From the NCBI GenBank assembly GCA_024626585.2, contig JANKJI020000004.1, forward strand, positions 460,386 to 480,699: a stretch of 20,314 nt of DNA, read 5' to 3'. The notes beneath the pieces were generated by a model. It did not search any database and was not told where the DNA came from. It saw only the letters and a program-made list of their open reading frames with translations. Both the position numbers and the translations under genes were made by a program. Within the stretch, counting starts at the first letter, position 1. Each line of letters starts with the position of its first letter. The DNA is from Ginkgo biloba. Its lineage: Eukaryota > Plantae > Ginkgophyta. This document shows, in pieces, positions 1-8,700 of the stretch.

Positions 1-81
1 TTTGAGTACATAAGGCCACCTAAGCCTTATTTGTAACTCATAACTTGTGATTTGAAATCTTCCGTGAAGCATTTGCTCATT

Positions 82-149
82 TGTGATATTTTAGACTCGA
101 GGGAGTCTCTTATGATATTTTGAATTCAAATGAGTCCCTTCATGATATT
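82..149. repeat. Short ~30-bp tandem duplication in an LTR-like AT-rich region
   Basis: TGATATTTTAGACTCGAGGGAGTCTCTTA followed by TGATATTTTGAATTCAAATGAGTCCCTTCA and a further TGATATT. Confidence 0.5.
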
Positions 150-1006
150 GTGTGTTATATTATGATCTATTTGGCCTTTGTGGCATGGTTTATTCATTAT
201 ATGGTGCATAATTCATGTATATATTGTTGGATTTTTATGGTTTATAACAATTTATGTTAATTTTGAGTAGTGTAACCTTGAAGGGTTGCTACACACATCA
301 TTAGCTCAAGTTCACTTATGATCTATTACCGTGACCATATTGTAAGCTATTTACTTTGAAGGTATGTATATCTTATTGTATGATGGGGAATGTATGTTTA
401 TTCTATTATTATCATAGAATTCTATTTATTTATGGTTTATCCGAGTTGTGAAACCCTGAAAGTTCACTACTAATACCCCTTTAACTATTCCTTATGCCAC
501 TAATTTTAATTGATACTTGTGAAGCACTTTAAAAAAAGGCTTTTAAGAGGTTCAACAACTAATGAGAAGTCAAAGGAAGCACCACTTTTTAACTATATGC
601 TTAGCTAGCCTTTAATATATGTGTAATTNNNNNNNNNNNNNNNNNNNNNNNNNNNNNNNNNNNNNNNNNNNNNNNNNNNNNNNNNNNNNNNNNNNNNNNN
701 NNNNNNNNNNNNNNNNNNNNNNNNNNNNNNNNNNNNNAAAAATTGAATTAAAGATCATTTACAAGCAATACGATCAACCTTTATTATTGAATGAGGTTAG
801 GAAAAGCATTCCCCATCCATCAAATTTAATTTGGGCTTAGTTTTTGGTTGTGAGACAACAATGAACAATAAATGTAGAGGGCAAGTTAGGGGTTGTTTGA
901 TAGCACGGTAAGGGGAGGAGGTCAAATGCAAGGATATCCTAGTTGATAGAGAGTATAAAGGAAGTCCACTACAATTAGATGACAACTAAGGCAATCTCTA
1001 AAATGC

Positions 1007-1290
1007 AAGGGGGAAGAATGTATGATGCACATACTATCACAATGTGGATCCAAGAGGACATAGTCTAAGTCCTCTATGTAGTAACATAATAATGAATGGT
1101 GGTTGAAATGTTTGAGTCGATGAAATAGGAGGGTGAAAATCAAATAGTTGGGTCTAATAAAAATGACGTATTTGTGAGACGTTTAATGTTTAGGATGTGT
1201 TGTTAGATGGACTAACGAAACTAGATAAAGTGGAGGACAATGTACTAGCACATCACCTAACAAACAAGCAAATGGATGGATAGTGGAAAG
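1007..1290 (+). mobile_element. Possible polypurine tract and start of a 3' LTR (runs into gap)
   Basis: AAGGGGGAAGAA (1007-1018) immediately followed by TGTA. No partner LTR is visible. Confidence 0.3.
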
Positions 1291-2632
1291 NNNNNNNNNN
1301 NNNNNNNNNNNNNNNNNNNNNNNNNNNNNNNNNNNNNNNNNNNNNNNNNNNNNNNNNNNNNNNNNNNNNNNNNNNNNNNNNNNNNNNNNNNNNNNNNNNN
1401 NNNNNNNNNNNNNNNNNNNNNNNNNNNNNNNNNNNNNNNNNNNNNNNNNNNNNNNNNNNNNNNNNNNNNNNNNNNNNNNNNNNNNNNNNNNNNNNNNNNN
1501 NNNNNNNNNNNNNNNNNNNNNNNNNNNNNNNNNNNNNNNNNNNNNNNNNNNNNNNNNNNNNNNNNNNNNNNNNNNNNNNNNNNNNNNNNNNNNNNNNNNN
1601 NNNNNNNNNNNNNNNNNNNNNNNNNNNNNNNNNNNNNNNNNNNNNNNNNNNNNNNNNNNNNNNNNNNNNNNNNNNNNNNNNNNNNNNNNNNNNNNNNNNN
1701 NNNNNNNNNNNNNNNNNNNNNNNNNNNNNNNNNNNNNNNNNNNNNNNNNNNNNNNNNNNNNNNNNNNNNNNNNNNNNNNNNNNNNNNNNNNNNNNNNNNN
1801 NNNNNNNNNNNNNNNNNNNNNNNNNNNNNNNNNNNNNNNNNNNNNNNNNNNNNNNNNNNNNNNNNNNNNNNNNNNNNNNNNNNNNNNNNNNNNNNNNNNN
1901 NNNNNNNNNNNNNNNNNNNNNNNNNNNNNNNNNNNNNNNNNNNNNNNNNNNNNNNNNNNNNNNNNNNNNNNNNNNNNNNNNNNNNNNNNNNNNNNNNNNN
2001 NNNNNNNNNNNNNNNNNNNNNNNNNNNNNNNNNNNNNNNNNNNNNNNNNNNNNNNNNNNNNNATAATTCCTTTCTTCCTTTCTACAATGTTTTTTCGACC
2101 ATCATGGCTTGATCATTCATTGCCTTCTTTGAAAAGTTCAGTTTGATTATGTCAGCATTTCACCCTACCACCTACGCAACAAGACATGCTTGGAAGTTTT
2201 ATTAAAGACCAAATGCTTTTGCAACTTGGTTTCTACAAAGAATAAAAAAGATCAGAAGGCATCTAATATGCAAAGAAAGATTTGGTGGTTTCACAGCCAC
2301 GACAGATCTAGGTCATATATTTTCAACTATAGCATATCTCACACAGCCAAAGAACCCTGGTTGTATAAGACACATCTTTCCTAGAGGATCTTTTAATTAT
2401 CCTGTGTAAATTTAATGGAATTGTAGAGTTGTTCTGGAGTGGCTACATTTAAGTAGCATTCTAGGAATGCTCTCACAAAAATGAGCATGAAAGGAATGCC
2501 ATAACAGTATTAGAACTAACACCCATGTCATACATAGCCTTGGCTGCATTGTAGATGAGGGCTTTGCATGGAACAAATGAGGACACAACAGAACACTCTT
2601 AACAGGATGAGGCACCTAAGGGCACACGTGAA

Positions 2633-3046
2633 TTGGTGGAGAAGCACATCAGTTCCTATAATAAGCTCCCAGATTTGACAAAGTGGACAACATTTTAGGA
2701 TCAAGGTAAGCGCACAGGAACATGCTCTCAGCAAGCAATGGTTCTAGCAGATCACAATGGCATTCGCAGAGTGTACAAACACCAGCCAAGCATCTTACAA
2801 AATGTCATGAAGAAGAAGCCCATACACAAAAGTGCCATTCTTGCTTAAGATCTATTCATTAGTGCTCCGAGAATTTTTTAGCAAATGGCAACAAGGTTAA
2901 AATAATAACTTAGTACTCAGCTTCCCCAAGTTACTTGATGGAGAAGCACACAAGTTCCTTAAAAAGTTCCCACATTTTCCCATGTATCATATTCAGGGCA
3001 TAATTTCATGATTAAAGTGAATGAAAATGTGCTCAACCAACTATTC
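2633..3046. repeat. Dispersed direct repeat pair (~65-110 bp, 302 bp apart) downstream of CDI
   Basis: TTGGTGGAGAAGCACATCAGTTCCTATAATAAGCTCCCAGATTT (from 2633) vs TTGATGGAGAAGCACACAAGTTCCTTAAAAAGTTCCCACATTT (from 2935), with weaker similarity continuing ~50 bp further. Confidence 0.65.
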
Positions 3047-3666
3047 AAGACAACATATGCACAACCTACCGATTACCACAAAAAATATTTCAGAGTCTTG
3101 TATTCAGTGTAAAAGCATATCAAGCAACCAAAATAATTTGCTTCCACAAGGCACATTCGTTAGTGCCCTAGTCAAATATCAACCAACAAGATTGACATAA
3201 CTTCTTGTTAGAATTCCAGTGGAACTGAAACAGATCGTGAAAAAAAAAATCATTTAAACTTGAAATAATGGGGATACAATAGAGCATTCTGCTAGCTACC
3301 AGGCATTACAACAATTTCTTCTGCAAAATGGATGGGACTAACCCTTTTGTCTGAAATATGGATGAATAGAATAATAAACTAAAACAGCTCAAGAACATCT
3401 TCTCCTAAAGCTCCACTGCACATTATAATACATGCAGCTAATGTGCTGCAGTGCTGAATACTTGTAGTAGGAAAACAATATCCTCTCACCGTCCCCATAG
3501 AATAATGCCGCCAAGTAGAATTCTCGATCATGCTGCAATCTAGAATACCTCAATCATGGCCCAATCTTGAAATTCTTGAATACACAGAAACAAAATACAT
3601 AAAAGATACTACTCTAAAGAAGGTCCCTTTAATGCAAATTTTTTGAGATAATCTTGCTAGCATCAA

Positions 3667-4893
3667 CTAGGCCTCAACTGGAGGCTCTTTAAGGCCATTC
3701 ATACCAGCAGTAAGAACCTTCTCCTTCAAGTAAAAACCTAACAACTTCTGCAAAGCATTAACCTCCTTAACCTTACCCTCCAGATCCACAACCCTGCTCT
3801 CAAGTTCATCAGATCTCTCGCGGATCCTATTCTCCAACAACTTTACAAGCTCATCTTGAATAACCCTCTGGATCATCTGGGTCCTTATGTACTCATCCCT
3901 CTCCTTAAGCCAAAGATCTGCAAACTCACAGTCCTTCCACGCCTCAAACCAGGGTCCCCCCAATGTATAATGAATAGCTTTTGGAAGTTTATTCTCATCA
4001 TCGACTTCATTGTGACCAACAAGGAAATTCCAAGCAAACGGAACAGGACCAATGTCATCGTCATCAAGCCACATAAATCGGTGCAAAAATGCACCAGATT
4101 GAGAATTCACAACACTAGGTGTCAATACCCGGTTTTTTGGATGGGAACAGTTATACAGCACCATTGATGACCAATTCTTTCTGGGATACGCTGTTTGCAC
4201 AACCCCATCCATTTTTGTAGTATTCTTGGGAGTATAATCATGCTTAACACACATAATCGCATACTTATCATCTGCAAGCTCAGCCAATTCCCTTATGTCT
4301 GCAGTATAAAGAAAATCACAGTCTATAAAAACTGCCCAGCCTTCGAAACCAGCTAAGAACGGAGTCAAGAATCTGGTAAAGGAAAATTCCGTGCTTTCAG
4401 TTCTATCCCGGTTTCTCCAATAAAGCCCGGTTTTGCGTAAATCTGATTGTTTAATGGGAATTACCTCCACTGGTATGGTCGTATGCTTAAGAATTGAGTA
4501 GCGGCAAACTTCATAAGCCATATCTTCACGCGCATCGTAGCCTACGAAGACCTTAAGTTTGTTTATGGTTTTTCCGCTCCTCGTCACCCCGGGACCTCCG
4601 GCTATGCTCGGAGCCGGGCCAATTGCATGCTCTGAATCAGATAAGCTGGGTTCATTTTGCTTCAAATCCCTAGAACTTGCCAAAGCAATGGAAGAGGATA
4701 CTGCAAAGCCTAGCCCTAGACCGGCTGCCGCTAAGAACACTTTCAAAGTTCTATGGTTCGGAACCAACGGACGTGACTGTCCGTTTCCCGCGGTGAAGAA
4801 CCGAATGCAGAGCTTCGGTTCGGCATTTGGGACGCTTAAAACAGATGTAATTTTGGGGGAAATATGTTTCAGACATTGACGGAAAATGGCCAT
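3667..4893 (-). CDS. CDI: CDI-like (cadmium-induced protein family) nucleotide-diphospho-sugar transferase, GT8-related, with N-terminal targeting/TM extension and C-terminal coiled-coil tail
   Basis: Uninterrupted 408-aa ORF. Residues ~113-335 carry the CDI-family motifs VFVGYDxRED, ESTEFSFTRFLTP, GWAxFxDCDFL (DxD at aa 191-193), KHDYTPK..TKMDG..Q..YPRKNWSSMVLYNC.HPKN, GAFLHRF.WL, WNFLVG and HYTxGGPWFEAWKDCEFADLW, recognised from Arabidopsis CDI (recall, no search run). Confidence 0.93.
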   Translation of the reverse strand: MAIFRQCLKHISPKITSVLSVPNAEPKLCIRFFTAGNGQSRPLVPNHRTLKVFLAAAGLGLGFAVSSSIALASSRDLKQNEPSLSDSEHAIGPAPSIAGGPGVTRSGKTINKLKVFVGYDAREDMAYEVCRYSILKHTTIPVEVIPIKQSDLRKTGLYWRNRDRTESTEFSFTRFLTPFLAGFEGWAVFIDCDFLYTADIRELAELADDKYAIMCVKHDYTPKNTTKMDGVVQTAYPRKNWSSMVLYNCSHPKNRVLTPSVVNSQSGAFLHRFMWLDDDDIGPVPFAWNFLVGHNEVDDENKLPKAIHYTLGGPWFEAWKDCEFADLWLKERDEYIRTQMIQRVIQDELVKLLENRIRERSDELESRVVDLEGKVKEVNALQKLLGFYLKEKVLTAGMNGLKEPPVEA

Positions 4894-5185
4894 AACTAGA
4901 ATTGGTTGAAATCTATGAGAAAGACGGTGAGAATGAACCTTTTAGATCATAATTTGAATTGCTATAATTTTAAGGGAAAATATTTTAATCAAATGAAGGA
5001 AAATGGCCACTCCAGGTATCCATCTAAAGCTCTAGAGAGGTCGAACAAAATGAACCGTTTATGTGACTATTTGGATAGCTTAGGCTAAAATATTTTGATA
5101 ATTTGACGGAAAACGGGCATACCTGGTATCGATCGAAAGCTTTGGAAATGATGAAGAGAACGAAACGCTTAGATCGGCATTTAAT
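4846..5185. repeat. Three degenerate tandem units (~110-117 bp) overlapping the CDI start codon and 5' leader
   Basis: Anchor GGAAAATGGCCAT (4881-4893), GGAAAATGGCCAC (4998-5010), GGAAAACGGGCAT (5108-5120). Each is preceded by AAATAT(G/T)TT and followed by similar GAAA(T/G)CT...GAA(T/C)GAA...TTAGATC-type blocks. Confidence 0.8.
4913..5122 (-). other. Putative 5'-UTR intron (~210 nt) of the CDI-like gene
   Basis: Minus-strand donor CAG|GTATGC (GT at 5122-5121). Acceptor TTCTCACCGTCTTTCTCATAG| (AG at 4914-4913) with a pyrimidine tract, 19 nt before the ATG. No transcript evidence. Confidence 0.45.
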
Positions 5186-5208
5186 CGCCTCTATCAATCC
5201 CTTACAGC

Positions 5209-5283
5209 TCAATTTCCATAGAGATTCGAACCTTCAACCTGAGCGTCTAATTGCTGAAAATGCAGGTGAAGTTCACCAAGCAT
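5209..5283 (-). other. Candidate upstream ORF (24 aa, MLGELHLHFQQLDAQVEGSNLYGN*)
   Basis: GCC-ATG context at 5283 and TGA at 5211-5209. It is a uORF only if transcription starts upstream of 5283, which is unknown. Confidence 0.3.
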
Positions 5284-5339
5284 GGCGATCTGGTAGACGC
5301 AGAGCGATGTAAAAAAAGCTGGCAGTGAGACAGTAGTAA

Positions 5340-5765
5340 CGTGAAACTTAACGGCATTATTGTTCAAGACAAATTCACCTGACGGCGTTACTCGTTGCTA
5401 AGCTGTTCTGACAGTCCGTATTATCGTACAGTTCTGTACTGAAGCTTGGAAACGTCCTACTAACGGCGTTAATGCCCCGATATTGTCGGTGACCTTTAAT
5501 TAGTTAGTTTCTTAACACGTGGACCTTGCTTGACCTCTGTTTCCTTCGTTATATTTTCATTATAAATGTTAAGGAAACGCCGTCAAATAGTGAACTCTTG
5601 TCCCGTTACAAAAGACTACATAGCTCCGCCGTGGTAAATTAATATAGTGGAACTTCGGACATAAGCGTTTAAGTTCTGCTTTAGTTAAATTTTTTATATT
5701 TAAAGGGAAAGTTCCCCTTTGTCACTTAAGTCATCTTACCCGACCCCGTTGAATAACGGCACATG
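5340..5765 (-). promoter_or_regulatory. CpG-rich proximal promoter of the CDI-like gene with MYB/MSA-like AACGG cluster, DRE/AuxRE and G-box/ABRE
   Basis: TAACGGCATT 5349-5358, TGACGGCGTT 5380-5389, TAACGGCGTT 5461-5470, AACGCCGTCA 5576-5585, CCGTTA 5603-5608, CCGTTG 5746-5751, TAACGGC 5754-5760, TGTCGGT 5484-5490 (ACCGAC on minus), ACACGTGG 5515-5522. Confidence 0.55.
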
Positions 5766-8700
5766 GGGCATCCCCAACATTGTCCTTCCCTACATGGCAA
5801 CAATTCCATTAGGAATCTCGGCTTTCATAATAAAAGTGAATATCGATGTGAACTTCTCAAGGGAGGAATGTAGTGGTAATTGAAGGGATGCCATAGTTGT
5901 GGGGACCAAGGGGACTAGAGGGACCAAACACTCACGTAATTGAGTTTTTTTAAACGTGCACGTAATTGTAGAATAGTGTACACACTAGCTTCTTAAATTA
6001 GGATTCCTTCATACTAGAAGTAATTTGTATCTTATAACCCTCATCTGTATATATCTTTCAACCCATTACTATTATTTGCATGTGAGTGTGTGCAATAAGG
6101 GATAAATAAATATGTGAAATGATCTCCAACAAATATTAACATAAAAGCAATGGCATCCTTGAATTCCAAAAGTAGGATTTTTATATATGTAGGGCAAAAT
6201 GGTTTTGCATAGTAAAGGAAGGATTCTTTGTGTTCATTAATGACCCTGTTCATCATATAAAGCATTCACGACCATAAATAAACCATAAAATGTCTCTACA
6301 AAGGGATACACTATTCTTAGGATGCTAACCATGCATGAAGTCTATTTCAATAATTTATGTTAAAAATCAAAAGGATAGTATCAACGTCATAAAAAATAGA
6401 CCATTTCTATATAAAGTGATAAGTATATATTTCTAAAATTAACTCTTTTTAATCCTCTAAGTTCAATCTTATTTAGGTCCTAGTGTGGTTAAAATTATAG
6501 ATTCTCATTGATAGATACAAATAAATGACGATATTAAAGGAGATATAATTTATTGTATACCTAAAGGTCCTAACGATTAAGGATGACTTAAAAATATCTA
6601 TCCACTAGAGTGTAACTAAAGCATGCATAGATATATATCCTAAATAATATCTTAAAAGTTAATCATATTCATACAAGGGGACTTATAGTACATCTAATTT
6701 TAGACTATATATGTGTCTCTTCCATATATGTAGGATATAAAAAAATAATCCACCAAAATAATAAATTCACCCAATTATAGATATGAACTAGATTACCATA
6801 TACAGGGAGCTTATAATGATAGTAATTATTAAGTCTTTATGTATTTTATGGATAATTTGTTTTAATTATATATTAAACACATAGTTAATAAATTGGTTGT
6901 GAATGAATGGTCATATGATGAAGATGTACCTCTTAAAAAATATTGCTAAATCCACCTAGATGTTTATGCCCTAGGTAGTCCATATTATAACAATCATATA
7001 TTTATTAATTATTCTACATTTTATCAACTTATATTCTATTAGATTTATATGGCCTAGGTCTACATTATTCCATTTATGTTGAGATCAAGTCTTCCTAATA
7101 ATATTATAGCAATGACCTAAATCCTATTACTGATTCAATGACTTCCCATATCATACTTATACAACATGGATAGAAATTCAAAAATAAATTAACAAGTTAA
7201 ATTATAACATAAATCCCCATTTATTATATAAACTCAAAGATAAACAATTATAAAATTATTCATTTATCACTTGCATCCATAGATCACAAAACACTTACAT
7301 AATGAATCCAACCATAAACCTTTTCATTAGCTTCACTTAAATTAAATAAATAAAAGAGTCTAATTCATACCACAATTCTCTTATCCTTCAATACTAACTC
7401 TTATAATTATTTAATCTTTCCAACTCTAAAAAAATTAGGTGGTATGATTTATATCTTCTTATCTTCATTCTATCCTAAATTATCTTGTAGTCTACCTATA
7501 ACAAAATATAATAGGTTATTAACCTTATCAATATTTAGTTACATTCTTAGTAACTAATTATTTACATTAATCCCATTAATAATATGCATATCATTTATGA
7601 TCTATTCTTTTAAATAGATCCTTTTAATCAATATTATGGTTGTTTTATGGAAACTAATATCAATTTTAAGGGTGAGCCTAAATCTTGTTGAGGGGGTGTT
7701 TTCCTGTATACCATATTTGAGGTTTATAATTGGTGTTTAAAAAATTAAAAAAATTAATTAGACTCCTCTATGGTTTTATTAATTTTTTGTATATTCTTAG
7801 GAGATGTTAGATTCATTCCTACCTTTAAGAGAAAATAAGGATGTGTTCATCAATATCACCAAAAGTAATTTCTTATTGTTGCCTAAACTATGCCTCAACT
7901 AGTTGATTTTTAACCTCATTTAATTCTCTAGGGATACTCTTCCTATCAATATATCATCTGGTGATAATTATTCAATAATNNNNNNNNNNNNNNNNNNNNN
8001 NNNNNNNNNNNNNNNNNNNNNNNNNNNNNNNNNNNNNNNNNNNNNNNNNNNNNNNNNNNNNNNNNNNNNNNNNNNNNNNNNNNNNNNNNNNNNNNNNNNN
8101 NNNNNNNNNNNNNNNNNNNNNNNNNNNNNNNNNNNNNNNNNNNNNNNNNNNNNNNNNNNNNNNNNNNNNNNNNNNNNNNNNNNNNNNNNNNNNNNNNNNN
8201 NNNNNNNNNNNNNNNNNNNNNNNNNNNNNNNNNNNNNNNNNNNNNNNNNNNNNNNNNNNNNNNNNNNNNNNNNNNNNNNNNNNNNNNNNNNNNNNNNNNN
8301 NNNNNNNNNNNNNNNNNNNNNNNNNNNNNNNNNNNNNNNNNNNNNNNNNNNNNNNNNNNNNNNNNNNNNNNNNNNNNNNNNNNNNNNNNNNNNNNNNNNN
8401 NNNNNNNNNNNNNNNNNNNNNNNNNNNNNNNNNNNNNNNNNNNNNNNNNNNNNNNNNNNNNNNNNNNNNNNNNNNNNNNNNNNNNNNNNNNNNNNNNNNN
8501 NNNNNNNNNNNNNNNNNNNNNNNNNNNNNNNNNNNNNNNNNNNNNNNNNNNNNNNNNNNNNNNNNNNNNNNNNNNNNNNNNNNNNNNNNNNNNNNNNNNN
8601 NNNNNNNNNNNNNNNNNNNNNNNNNNNNNNNNNNNNNNNNNNNNNNNNNNNNNNNNNNNNNNNNNNNNNNNNNNNNNNNNNNNNNNNNNNNNNNNNNNNN

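Noticed and set aside
1276-2146. Long ORFs in the track spanning N-runs (also 619-840, 15001-15875, 17018-17606 and others)
   Set aside because: Artefacts of N codons lacking stops, so they carry no coding evidence.
2620-2650. miR164-like fragments (GGGCACACGTG and TGGAGAAGCA)
   Set aside because: The halves are in the wrong order and there is no precursor hairpin.
2412-2734. Cys-rich short ORFs on the minus strand
   Set aside because: No signal peptide or known Cys spacing; explained by TG-rich composition.
2935-3010. Peptide LDGEAHKFLKKFP resembling a PPR motif
   Set aside because: Similarity does not extend to flanking PPR residues, and the sister copy has stops.
3856-4879. Antisense and alternate-frame ORFs 3856-4167, 3885-4094, 4559-4879
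   Set aside because: Shadows of the CDI coding sequence with no recognisable motifs.
5215-5290. tRNA B-box-like GGTTCGAATC on the minus strand
   Set aside because: The T-stem does not pair, there is no A-box at the proper distance, and no cloverleaf forms.
4906-5312. Plus-strand ORFs 4906-5088 and 5103-5312 with similar peptides (ENGHSRYPSKALE / ENGHTWYRSKALE)
   Set aside because: The similarity is explained by the DNA tandem repeat, and stops interrupt the units.
7686-7700. TTGAGGGGGTGTT resembling a copia PPT-LTR start
   Set aside because: No RNase H remnant upstream and no partner LTR.
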